DNA of 64,000 bases, from positions 372,001 through 436,000 of the forward strand of contig NC_134025.1 in assembly GCF_964204645.1 (NCBI RefSeq). The letters are read 5' to 3'. Below are positions 24,201-36,500 of the stretch, piece after piece. The position numbers and the translations under genes are program-made. Below the pieces are notes generated by a model. That model was not told the origin of the DNA and ran no database searches. It saw only the letters and a program-made list of their open reading frames with translations. Source of the stretch: Tubulanus polymorphus (lineage: Eukaryota; Animalia; Nemertea). Each line of letters begins with the position of its first letter. The stretch's first letter is position 1.

Positions 24201-27110
24201 AGGGGGTTTATTGAGAAGGGGTTGAGGAGGAGTAGGGTGTTTAGGGAGAGGAGGGGGTTTATTGAGAAGGGGTTGAGGAGGAGTAGGGTGTTTAGGGAGA
24301 GGAGGGGGTTTATTGAGAAGGGGGTTGATGAGGAGTAGGGTGTTTAGGGAGAGGAGGGGGTTTATTGAGAAGGGGTTGAGGAGGAGTAGGGTGTTTAGGG
24401 AGGGGAGGGGGTTTATTGAGAAGGGGTTGAGGAGGAGTAGGGTGTTTAGGGAGAGGAGGGGGTTTATTGAGAAGGGGTTGAGGAGGAGTAGGGTGTTTAG
24501 GGAGAGGAGGGGGTTTATTGAGAAGGGGTTGAGGAGGAGTAGGGTGTTTAGGGAGAGGAGGGGGTTTATTGAGAAGGGGGTTGATGAGGAGTAGGGTGTT
24601 TAGGGAGAGGAGGGGGTTTATTGAGAAGGGGTTGAGGAGGAGTAGGGTGTTTAGGGAGAGGAGGGGGTTTATTGAGAAGGGGTTGAGGAGGAGTAGGGTG
24701 TTTAGGGAGAGGAGGGGGTTTATTGAGAAGGGGGTTGATGAGGAGTAGGGTGTTTAGGGAGAGGAGGGGGTTTATTGAGAAGGGGGTTGATGAGGAGTAG
24801 GGTGTTTAGGGAGAGGAGGGGGTTTATTGAGAAGGGGTTGAGGAGGAGTAGGGTGTTTAGGGAGAGGAGGGGGTTTATTGAGAAGGGGTTGAGGAGGAGT
24901 AGGGTGTTTAGGGAGAGGAGGGGGTTTATTGAGAAGGGGTTGAGGAGGAGTAGGGTGTTTAGGGAGAGGAGGGGGTTTATTGAGAAGGGGTTGAGGAGGA
25001 GTAGGGTGTTTAGGGAGAGGAGGGGGTTTATTGAGAAGGGGTTGAGGAGGAGTAGGGTGTTTAGGGAGAGGAGGGGGTTTATTGAGAAGGGGTTGAGGAG
25101 GAGTAGGGTGTTTAGGGAGAGGAGGGGGTTTATTGAGAAGGGGTTGAGGAGGAGTAGGGTGTTTAGGGAGAGGAGGGGGTTTATTGAGAAGGGGTTGAGG
25201 AGGAGTAGGGTGTTTAGGGAGAGGAGGGGGTTTATTGAGAAGGGGTTGAGGAGGAGTAGGGTGTTTAGGGAGAGGAGGGGGTTTATTGAGAAGGGGTTGA
25301 GGAGGAGTAGGGTGTTTAGGGAGAGGAGGGGGTTTATTGAGAAGGGGTTGAGGAGGAGTAGGGTGTTTAGGGAGAGGAGGGGGTTTATTGAGAAGGGGTT
25401 GAGGAGGAGTAGGGTGTTTAGGGAGAGGAGGGGGTTTATTGAGAAGAGGTTGATGAGGAGGAGAGTGTTTAGGAAGAGGAGGGGTTGACAGAAATTCACC
25501 TCCCTTAGAAAGGTATCTTCATGCGAGTGAAATTTTGGTATTTTCTGCTTTTTTCAGAGAATGATAAGAACGAAAATCAACTGATGCAACAATGGTTTAA
25601 TTTGGTTCATGAGAAAAATGCGTTAGTTCGTTATGAATCTGAATTAATGGTGAAGTAAGTATTCAATATATTCTAAACTCAGGTCAGTTTGATGCAGTCA
25701 CTGTCGGTATGATATAAACTGGTTTGTATTCTATGTGTTTAGAGCTCGTGAGTTAGAGTTAGAAGATCGTCATGGCCGACTTGAACAACAACTTAGAGAA
25801 AGAATGTCAACTTCAGGTAAAATAATCTATTCTATTCCATTTCTGATGATATTTTAAATGTTGTATTAATTGTGATCAGAATTCATGAATTTAGTTTTCA
25901 ATAGTTTACGGTTCAGGTTCTCTCTCTTACTAGGGCTTCGTTCTACCTTTTCATGTCACCAACCCCAAAAATTCATTCATTACAATCGTCGGATATTTTT
26001 GAGTAATTTCTCGATGAATAATGTGAATATTTTGTGCTGCTCTCCTAATTTCCAGTTCAATGTCAGGTTAAACAGATTCTAATGATGGTATGATGTATAA
26101 AGTTGCTTGCATGGACCTCTTTCGCATCATCAAATTTTGCCACATTCTTTTCGTGAATAATAACATCATATCATAAACAAATATTATACAATTATTACTT
26201 GTCTCTTGTTTTCGACATAATTAAAAATATTCTCAGTCTCCTCAATTTCTCAAATTCTGAACTTTGTTTCAACCGTATTTCTATTGAACTGTTTATATTA
26301 ACAGTTTGATAATTTCGAATATATTTGAGAGGTTTGGTCGATGAGTTGAATTAATGTTTGTCACACAGTTTATAGCCGAATGAGTGAATATTTGATTGGA
26401 TACCGTGTTCTCGCTCTCTCTCTCTCTCATTCTTAGTGGTTCAAGTGTTTAACAGTTATTATTAGATGTTGTGAATATATAGTAGTATAGAGTGTATTGA
26501 GTGTATTGATAGAACTGATGTTATGTATAGTATTTCGATAGTTCAGTATATTAAAAAAAGCTTCCGACAGTTTGCATGGTTTTTTTTGTACATCAAGTAT
26601 AAACGTTACTTCTCGTATATATCACATGTTTCTAAAATGCTTGTGTTGGAATATTCACTGGGTTGAAGGATTCACACTTGACTTAGCTCATTCCTATTGC
26701 ACCGAGTGAAACCTACGTTAATTACGAATTTAATCCAATTTTTCAGAGGAACAGAAATCGCCGTCACAAATTGCTGAGGAGAAAAAGATCCTTGATGAAC
26801 TCTTGGAAGTTGTCGAACAAAGGGACTCCCTCGTCGCATTACTTGAAGAAGACAGGCTTAGGTAAAACTTTAATCATCCCTCACATCTATAGTTGAAACA
26901 TCAAATTAACTATTAGCTCAACAAAATCAAGGAAAAATTTTAGACTCTTTAGAAGTTTTTAGAAGTTTTTCATAATTATTTTTCAGACAACAAAAAGAAG
27001 ATGAAAGTCTCCAAGCCATCATGACAGCAAAAGGATTTCAACTATCACCGCTAACTTATAGTCGGAGTATTCGTCAGGCTCTTGGAGAATCTCCTCTACT
27101 CCGGCGATGA
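9275..27110 (+). CDS. MICAL: F-actin monooxygenase MICAL; exons approx. 9275-9538, 9831-10038, 10134-10247, 10484-10585, 10930-11186, 11470-11727, 12288-12493, 12848-13117, 13505-13553, 13774-13921, 14157-14287, 14504-14623, 14706-14912, 15002-15037, (15846-15875), 16031-16226, 16404-16486, 16563-16644, 17098-17356, 18423-18664, 18788-19170, 19244-19395, 19476-22943, 23020-23096, 23298-23466, 25558-25654, 25743-25816, 26747-26861, 26987-27110
   Basis: FAD monooxygenase motifs [46 protein letters not shown] and [20 protein letters not shown]; CH domain [19 protein letters not shown]; [34 protein letters not shown]; C-terminal bMERB coiled coil [23 protein letters not shown]...[15 protein letters not shown]...ELELED; GT-AG boundaries in frame. 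Confidence 0.95.
10780..10886. mobile_element. MITE, TIR ggcccagtttcac / gtgaaactgggcc
   Basis: Terminal inverted repeats read directly; lies in a MICAL intron. Confidence 0.7.
11805..12237. mobile_element. Chain of three Harbinger-type MITEs (11805-11954, 11958-12096, 12100-12237) separated by CTG
   Basis: Each has gggc.rgtt...aactgrgcc termini; ctg lies at 11802, 11955, 12097 and 12238; the last two elements are near-identical; relatives at 41732-41875 and ~23140-23260. Confidence 0.75.
12678..12800. repeat. C/T-rich low-complexity tract
   Basis: Runs of ccctcc/ccttcc; explains the spurious ORFs at 12585-12827. Confidence 0.8.
15129..15600. repeat. 19-bp minisatellite (tcagagataactgtttaac) x~24
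   Basis: Period 19 read directly (15129, 15148, ...); lies in a MICAL intron. Confidence 0.93.
16750..17035. repeat. 57-bp minisatellite x~5 with a (T)TAGGG core
   Basis: Unit gatgtcaccggtcagctgacctagggttagggttagttgttagtactgagtgactgt; period 16794 to 16851. Confidence 0.9.
20005..20300 (+). repeat. Coding 21-bp repeat (DSSDIP[VM]/DSSNICV) in the MICAL giant exon
   Basis: About 13 heptapeptide units in ORF 19463..23005. Confidence 0.88.
20410..20705 (+). repeat. Coding 30-bp repeat ([10 protein letters not shown]) x~10 in the MICAL giant exon
   Basis: Decapeptide repeat in ORF 19463..23005; near-identical nucleotide units. Confidence 0.9.
23730..25487. repeat. 51/52-bp G-rich minisatellite x~34 (gagaaggggttgaggaggagtagggtgtttagggagaggagggggtttatt)
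   Basis: 17-aa periodicity in the spurious ORFs; no C on the + strand; lies in the MICAL intron 23467-25557. Confidence 0.96.
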
Positions 27111-28643
27111 CTGCAGTAACTCCTCCAGTCTATTCGTCAGGCTCTTGGAGAATCTCCCCTACTCCAGCACTGACTGCTGTAGTTACTCCTCCAGTGGGTT
27201 TATGCAATATGCTAGCTACATGTTTTTATATTATATTTCGTGCCTGTATTTATGAATATAAAGCTTGTGTTTTTTTATAAGATCTAAATGTATGAGAATC
27301 AATGATTATCGCAGCCAGTGTATATTTTATACATCAGTTCAACATCCATCTATTCCATATTGCATTCCACAACTTAATTCTTATAAACATTCAACGTTTT
27401 TGTAAGAGATTTTTTGAATTAGTTTGATGAGTAATTTAGATGATAGATCCAGTAGTTTACTGTGAATAGTTGAATCAGTAGTTTATAAATTGATTTTAGA
27501 TTTTAGATTTTACATCCATATTGTAATTCAAGCATCTGCATCTTAAACACCAGGAACTTGTTACGCAGTTGTGAGTTCAGATTTGAGTCAGAGTTGATTA
27601 ATTGAAAATGAACTAATTGTAACTCATCATTTAAACTGACAACTGTGGAACTGGGTCCAGTATTTAGAATGAATAAAGTGTCCTTGAATATTAAGCTATA
27701 CAGTGAGATAGGGGTATACACTGTATAGAGGTAGTCTATACACTGTATAGAGGTAACCTATGCACTGTATAGAGGTAAACAAATGTGTTTAAAAGTATAA
27801 ACCGGTACAGTAAACCTTGCCTTACTCAAATAAACTAGCACTGACAAAATAAGTTAAAGATCAGAGGAAATGAGAAAATGATTTACGTTAGTTTTTTGCT
27901 TGAGTTCGTGAAGAATCTGAGATGGCCTACAAGGTTTACTGTATGAACATTGTACTAATTGATTGAATAGACTAAAAATAGTTTCAATATAAATTGGACA
28001 ATCGCAGTTTAAAAGAAAACAGTTCATTAAATTCATCAGCTTGCATTTACTTTCTTCAGAGTATGTTATAATTAGTGTTCAGTAGAAATAGTGATAGAAT
28101 ATTATTAGTGTTTTAAATGATGATTTTAATGTTCGCTGCTTAAACCAAATCATATACATGTATCTATGTAAAGGTCACAGACTTCATCACTCCCAAAATG
28201 TATAGTTTAGTAATTTAAATGCTGAGTTTTAGTTTAGAAATAATGATAACATGTTGTTTGAATACTGGTAACACAGTTTGTGGCTTAAAGCACTAAAGGG
28301 TATTGTATTTATGTGGCTATAGATGTATGAGCCATGCTTTCAGTTTGAATATATATTTGTATATAGTTTAAATCGTGATGGTTTATGCTATTAAACCATG
28401 TCACATTCTTGACTGTGATCATAGAGAATTGATATACCCCGGGGGTCATTTCAAATAGGTCTGAAAGCTTCATTCAAATTTCATTATTACTGGTGAAACT
28501 TTGACACGTGCCCCCAACTCTATGCTGTGATTTAATACTTGATTTAATTAAGTTAAGTATGCATGTATTTAGAAGCGTTTGTTTGTTAGCTTTACAATGT
28601 AGTTCATATGAGGACATCTTTTCTCATTCAATCGAGGTTTACA

Positions 28644-28660
28644 CAGCGCCTCCTGTTGGC
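28644..28660 (-). promoter_or_regulatory. CTCF-like site (GCCAACAGGAGGCGCTG)
   Basis: Close match to the bilaterian CTCF consensus, between the MICAL 3' end and the cadherin gene. Confidence 0.4.
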
Positions 28661-29043
28661 GGCTAACTGAAGTATGTAGATATAAGTGAAAAACCTCAAC
28701 GCGAATTAAATTTAGATGAGATTTATATTGATAAATGATGAATATTCTATTTATGTCGACTCATTGCGCGCCTTGAATTCAGCAAGCATTCTGCATAATA
28801 GTCATTGAATAATTATAAATGAATGTATGTCTATAAGGTGCTAACATCATATCAGATATCAATGATCAGGTTTTTTCTATCAAATCCTGTATGAAATTTC
28901 AGTTGTACAGTAGAATCTGAGCCAGTGTGAAACAATATGAAATCAGTTTTATATTGTAAATCAAACGCATGGAATAATTTATTGATTCTTATTAAATGTT
29001 TAATGTTCATATGATGATGTTGGTACTTTGTTGTTTAAAGTTA

Positions 29044-29267
29044 AGGGGTCCAGTTTCACAGAGTGCAAAATTAGTAAGTAAATCCACGGCTTATGTTTCA
29101 TAGATCTTGGGCCAAAATGGTATTACTGGCAACATATTGAAAGTTGTCCCATGCTCTAATTATGGTGTGGTTGTCACCCAGGTTTGGTTTAACCCCTAGG
29201 GGCATATGTTGTGATACTCAGTTTTGAAAACCGGGATTTGGGTTAACTTAGTGAAAGTGGACGCCTA
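29044..29267. mobile_element. MITE, TIR ggggtccagtttcac / gtgaaagtggacgcc
   Basis: Imperfect TIRs of the same GGGxCCAGTT family. Confidence 0.55.
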
Positions 29268-29409
29268 TAATATATGTAGGCTTACTACTGTTTTTGTTTA
29301 TCTGCCGGGCTAAACGCTGTATATAACTTAAAATGAAAAATAAAATTGCTACGATATAGTTCGAAAAGATTTCTTTATTAATTCGACTCTATTGAACCGA
29401 GGAAGTAGT

Positions 29410-29625
29410 GAGGAGTGGCGCTGATTGGTTGAAAGCGACAGGAAAACGCGTGACGTCACTGGTCACAGTTCCGCTCACCAGGTCACATGCACGTGACGTC
29501 ACTGCGCGTCATATTTAACCATCAGCGCAGCGGCGGCAAACTGAGCAACTAAAAATCACATTTGGCGGCAAAAATCACGTGTGGAACCAATATGACGCGT
29601 GTTGTATGCAATACATGACGTGTGA
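29410..29625. promoter_or_regulatory. CpG-rich motif cluster: two CRE (TGACGTCA at 29451, 29495), E-boxes CACGTG, CCAAT boxes
   Basis: Motifs read directly, ~1 kb upstream of the cadherin ATG. Confidence 0.5.
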
Positions 29626-29721
29626 CTCGAACCTAAGACAGGACAAGCGAAAGTTTAATGGGAAAGTCTATTATACAGGATATCTACACGAGAACAATTT
29701 CAATAAAGAAGGAATCATTTA

Positions 29722-29898
29722 AGATGGATCTAGAGGGGGCGGACAACACCCCTCGAAAATCTAGGGCCCTTCAAAACAGCCAACCCCAAAAAGGTTTTTA
29801 GTTGTTGTATGATCGTTGGCATCATCGCAACAATGCAGACGGGCCCTTTTTTTATTTCGTTGGACCCCACCCCTACAAAAATCCTAAATCCGCCCTGA
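29722..29898. mobile_element. Degenerate hAT-type MITE (ggatctagagggggc...atcctaaatccgccctg)
   Basis: Ends resemble the common CAGGGGCGGATCTAG/CTAGATCCGCCCCTG terminal pattern. Confidence 0.45.
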
Positions 29899-30529
29899 CT
29901 ATTTACATATACGCCGGGTATTTGATCGTATTAAGATCGTCTGCTAATTGTGTTTATTGGATTTAGTTGCGGTCTATGACCGGGGTATATATACACCTGT
30001 CCGTAAGTCGGAGAAAGAATCGTCACCATAACAGAAAACAACAAAACCAACACGCATAACTGCACTCAACAAACTTATACTGAAAACACGTCGAACGATT
30101 TCGACAATTACAAATATTACTGAAAGTTGACGCATGTCCCAGTTATATTCACCAGTGTAAAACCTACTGCGGTGCGACCAGTTCTCAAAACCGACGTCGT
30201 CGTCTATTAACATACTCTACAGATCTAGCGATAATCATTGAAAACAAATACTTCTTTTATGTATTTTATATTTTTGTACCGAGAGACATAAGAATACGCG
30301 GTTCTGTGACATGACGCATTTTTCAAGAATTGCACTATTTCAATAAGACGTGACAAAAATGATTCTTTTGTGTCGATCAGAAAAGTGGGATAGAAAAAAA
30401 ATCTTACAGGATATTGCGTGAACAGGGTATATGTAAAGTGAACACTTTTATATAGTTCTGTGACGAGGAACTCTGATCAAATTACCGATACACACTCTTT
30501 ATAATGATCGATTGATTGATCGATTCAAG

Positions 30530-33500
30530 ATGTCTGTTGATTTTAGTGTAGGATTTATGAACTATTTCAGGATTATTTTCATCGTTATTTTCTTGATTCC
30601 GACTTCCGTTTGGTCAGGTGAGAATAACGACGTTTTTAAAGATCGAAAATAACGAATTCATTTTAGTTTTTCTGATGATGAAGTTTAGTCGAAACTGTTC
30701 AGAATAAATTGTTAATTCATCAACTGTTTTTTTTTGGTTGCTTCTCAACTCCTGAAATACTGAGCCGTTAATATCAGTTTCTATCAGTCTTAACTAATTC
30801 AACTCAAAAAACTCGAAAACTTCTTTCATTCTTGTTGTTATCTACTGTTAATCAAAATATAATGAAATCACATCGCATTTTATGAAAATTGCGTTTTAAT
30901 ATTTCAGTTGTTCCAGTTTTTACCGGAAATCCAGCAACCGGAAGCATCGATGAGAATGTTACTGTCGCTACGACTGTATTAGCACTGGGCACATTCAAAA
31001 CGGCCGGAACCCCGAACTTCTACTCCATGACCGTCACTCCTAATGATGGGAAATTTGCATTAGATGCATCTAGTAAGTGAAATGAATGAATAACAAACTA
31101 TAAACTCGATGGCTTCCAAAACCCGTTTACGATATAGGCCTAGAGGTGAGAAGGAGGAAAGGTCGATCCTCTTACACAATGATAAATCATCATCGCCAAC
31201 ATGGATTTGAAGTTTAATAATTTACCAGAATAGATCGTCACCGCCCTGTATAAAAATAAGGCAAGATATTGTCAGAAATCTGGAGAAGCGTTTGATTTAT
31301 CCTGTCGAAATAGTACTGCTGTCAGACCGCCATTTTATCAGTAATTTTGTGAGACCCTCAGTCAGATCCTGCGCCTGAAATCCATCCCTGATACAATTCT
31401 CTAGAGAATTCTGGACAAATTTGTATTAAGGAATATACAATCATATATGCCTAATACTAAGATCAGAAAAATGCTACATTATAAGGGCTTATGTAAATAT
31501 CTCATATCATCCCTGATACTAAGAGAACGATTATATAGTGCAGAAAGGGGTTGGGGGCACAATACATGTCACATGCTTGATTTAGCCATATTTAGCCTTA
31601 TGACACAACCATGGGTTCATATGATTTTTTTTAGATGGAGCTCTGAGTTGTATCGCTAATCCTGGGTTTGATTATGAAACACAAACGTCATACACGTTTT
31701 CACTAACCGCTACTGATGGTGTTGATACATCATCTGCCGTAGCTTTCACTCTCGATATCAATGATATCAATGAACCACCGATCATCACGAATCTTCCCAA
31801 TTCTGTAGTCATACCGGAAATATCCAGCGTCTCCAAGTCAATTTTCAAGGTAGGAATTTTATTTGATCGGATTTTATTTTTCAGTATTCATACAAAAATC
31901 TACACATATGTTAACAATATTTGCAAACAACTTCACATTTATATATAATCTCACATTTGAAATTCTGATTTGCATTTTCGGATTTGATCATAGATTTTGC
32001 TGTCAATTTCATTCCAGGTTCTCGTTAACGATCCGGAATCTAACACCACTGAGTGGGCATTTTCTTTTGAATCGATCTGGCCACCAGATGGAGTTGATAA
32101 ATTTTCTATAGATAAAAGTATGTATCCTATATCTCGTGAAAAACTAAAATGTAGAATTTCACTTGGACCTTGACCCAAATAACACATGAAACGAAGATCA
32201 AACGAGATATCAATCAATGCTTGAGTTTAAGGGAAGAATCTATTCACAATAAAACTTGATTTGACGATGATCGATCGTTACAATTATAGTTTTAACGAGT
32301 TTTTGTCGTCGCGATCTTAACAATTTTACTGTTTGAATTAGTGCCAAAAAACCCACGAAATCAAGTGGTTTGATCTGGTCTTGTATTATCTTTTCACGAA
32401 TGCTACAAACGATTTGAGACGTGACATTTACAAAAGAAGTGATTTCAATCTATCAATCAGAATATACAATAGATTCTAAAACCCGTCGTCAGATCAACAA
32501 GACAATCTAACCGTATTCCTAAATGTCAAATATACCTCAATCATTATTCAATTTATCGTTTATCATAAGTACAAAATGTCGATTCATAGATTTGCGGTTT
32601 TGTGAATATTAGAAAATAATTGAATATAGAATTCCAAGAAATAAAAACCCAGGACCCGTTTTTCATAGTTCGATTAATTCAAATTTGACTCGAGAAGTTG
32701 AAAACATTTTGGAATGAACTACTTTTAAGTTAAATCAAACGGCAGCCGTAGAATTGAGTCCAGAATAAAGGACACAGTTCCACCATTCTGAGATTGTTGA
32801 GTTAAACTAATTGGAAATGAACTAATTATAAATCTAGAACGATATTTAAACGATAAACTGTAGAAGTTCTAGATCCAGAGTATAAATCAGAAAACACGCT
32901 TGTAGGGGCTGCTTGTTGTTTCGGTTGGAAAACTGGACAACGTGATAATTAACACTGCGCTATATTTATCTGACTCACGAGATATAGAATAGGAAATGAC
33001 CTGATTTCAGAGGCCAAAAATTGTTCCGGTCAGATCGTCCCTTGACCAAGCAACTGCAGCCCCTACTTAACATGTTACAATAGCTATTAAAGTAATTTAA
33101 AATGAACTAATTCTAGCTATAAACTTATTTACAGCGGGAGTCGTTAGCACTACAGCTACGGCTACAGATTATGAATTAACTAAACAATATTGGTTAACAA
33201 CTAAAATGACTGATGGAGTTTGGACGACTAGTGCTAGTATTCTGTACGTCGATATATTCAACGTGAATGAAGCACCGATTCTCAATACGACCAATTATCA
33301 ACTACCACAAGAAATTGCAATCTACGAAGAAACGGTAACTGAGACATGTCAAATCCTTCACATGCTATTAAAAAAGAGATAACTTTGTTAACAATTGATG
33401 TTTTTACAATTTATTTTATTAATTGATTTAGAAAATAAATGGTTAAATCATCAACTGTGGGTTTGAAATACTGATATCAATACCAGTTTCTACCGTCTTG

Positions 33501-36500
33501 TTCTTTACACATTTTTGGAAAAGAAGAAAATCTCACATATTTAATATTGCCAAATACAATGCATCCAGTTCCACTTGACTCTAGTTCACTGGTCTAATCG
33601 ACGATTTGACTATATCCTTAAGTCGTTTACGAGCTTCCGTAGTACGTACCTTCATCAGGTGGATTACTCCACATCAGGTGGAATTCTCCACATCAGGACC
33701 CAGTTCCACAGTTGTGAGTTATAGTTAACTCTGAGTTAGTTACTTCATTTTCAATGAGTTAACTCAGAGTCAAATCTTAACTCGGAACTGTGGAACTGGG
33801 CCCAGGTGGATTACTCCACATCAGGTGGATTTTACTCCACAAGCTCGTGCGTTAAATAAACTATAGTTACACTTATGAATTGCTATTCGTCTTGTATTTA
33901 TTCACAATAATTCAGCGAAAGATGAAAATTATATCTTCTCGTCCTTGACCTATCCTACAATAGTCTACTTCAGACGAATATATGAGTATGATTATGTAAA
34001 TGTATATTTACAGCCAATAGGAACGACATTAGCGATAGACCCAATCGGAGCGTATGACGTGGATGCTGGTGATACTATAACATTTGAATTGGAAGGTCGT
34101 GACCATGAATTCTTTCAACTCGTCAAAGGAGCAGGCGATAGAGTTTATTTAACCGTCGCTAAACGCATTGATTTTGAGAGTAAAACCCCTTATTTAGACA
34201 GTCAAAATCGAATCAAATTATGTAAGCACATTCAACAAAATACAATGTCTATGTGATTCTAATATGTATTGGGAAATATTTGTGTTTTTTTTTGGTATTT
34301 TTCTTTTTATAAATCGAGTGTTTATAACATTTACTTCTATTATACATCTTGCTATGTTCTCTGTATCTTGCCGCCTTTTTGTATCAATTTGATACGAATG
34401 ATTGTGATATAGATATCAATATGTGTTCTGCATTTTCATCGTAATAAATGCAACAAGCTTAAAATAACTCTACTTTGAAAATATAAAAACTGTATGAAGA
34501 GAAAGTTTATGTAACTGAAAATTCATGAAAGCGACAACAATATAAATCTTTATTTTCTAATGAGTATTTCATAACATTTTGATATACACAACATAGAGAG
34601 GCGACTTAAAGAATATAATCTCTCTTTTAGAAATAGACGATTTGATATTAGTAGTTTCTATTTTGCAGATGTTTGGGCCAGGGATAATCACCAGTTAAGA
34701 AATGTAAACAATGGTTACATAACGATGTATATAAAGATAATGGATATCAATGATAATTTACCAGTTTGTTTTCCGGATTCATACACAGCAACTATAACTG
34801 AAAATACAGCCATAAATACTGAAGTTTTACAGGTTCAGTGCTATGACGCTGATGCCAGTAGTCCGCTTGTATTTACCGTTAACGGTACTGTGGCTGCGCA
34901 ACAGTGGTTTCAGGTAAGAGAAGTTAACTTCAATACGGGGTTTAATACAGAAAAAGGGAAAAATTGAAATTTCCTACGTTTTTCTTTCGAACTTTCGGAC
35001 GTTAGGTTTGATTTATTCATTGTGCGTGATATATACATGTACATATCACAAATATACGCATCATATATATGCTTGGAAATTCTAGCCGATGAAAAGTGAA
35101 TTGACGATAATCACAACTGTCTTATTTATTTCAAGGTTTTATCAAATGGAAGTTTAACAGTAAAACATCCCTCAGATCTGGAGACTGATACAACTTTATC
35201 GTTTTATGTTTACGGATATCAAGGAACGTATCCGAACCGAACCAGTACACGAGCTGCTGTCGCTATAACTATACGCGCTGTTAATGACAATAAACCGGTA
35301 TTCAAGCAAAGTTTCTATAATTTTGAAGCTCGTTCCGATGCATCAGTGGCGCACTCTGTCGGTGTGATTTCAGCTACTGATGCCGATATTAGTAAGTACC
35401 ACTAGACGGCGTGCCGCACTAGATATCCCGCTAGATGGCGTGTGCTTGAATAGGGCAACGCAAAATTTAATTCATTTTCAATTAACTTTCATCTTCAGCC
35501 CCACATCAGAAATTAGGCAAATCGTGTTGATAAACCAGATTGATCTGAAAGGGTTCATATTCATCGTCCATATTCTGAAAAGCCACATAAAATCTGATAC
35601 CGTTGTCCTAGTGCACACTAGCGCCCCTGTAGGATCCTCGCTTGCCACAGTCGAAGGGTCCGCATTCATAATGTAATTTTCGATATTTTCTATTGTAGCT
35701 ACATCAGTGATCAGCTATGACTGGGTGTCTAGTATAACTCTGTTCAGTCTCGGTTCGGCAGACGGCATCATTCGAGTTCTGAATCCTTTGACAGATGATA
35801 AAAAATATATATATTTTGCGGTCGCTAAAGATAATGACGTTCCACCAGACTATTCCGAGTAAGAATTGAGAATAACTTTAGAACCAGCACCGGATTGTCT
35901 TAACCAATCTAACAACTACCCTGAGTACCAGTCTTATTATTCATTATGGTCACTCTCATGAACCGGCGTGGTCATGGTGTCACGTGATATCGGTTACAGA
36001 CCTCATAACTTTCATTTCCACTAAAAGATGGCGAATACATTACACATTACAGAATATAAATGAATGAATGAATGAATGAATGAATGAATGAATGAATGAA
36101 TGAATGAATGAATGAATGAATGAATGAATGAATGAATGAATATAATAGTTTTGATCAGAGTACGAAATGTTCTGTTTCAATTTGTATATACTCTACTGGA
36201 TTATATCTATACATCTCATAAATACGATACATTTCATAAATTTCAGGCATACAGCAATAAGAATAGATACATTTCCTCCTGATGCGTACCTGGTGAATTT
36301 TGATGTAACTCGACCCCTTACATACTTCACACCCAGTCGTCAGCAGGAATTCATAGATGCCGTGACGTCAGGTTGCGGTGGATGCTTAGCGAGATTATCC
36401 AGTTTAAAATCGACCCCTGGTGCCGAAACTACCAGGTACTACACCTTACTCCCTGTAATCAATCTCGATTTATTACGAAATTACAGCAAAAAACTTTGAT

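Noticed and set aside
24006-25499. Long ORFs (up to 259 aa) on both strands
   Set aside because: Translations of the 51-bp intronic minisatellite; no coding evidence.
27108-27120. Stop-codon read-through or selenocysteine at the MICAL TGA
   Set aside because: An in-frame TAA follows two codons later, and no SECIS was recognised.
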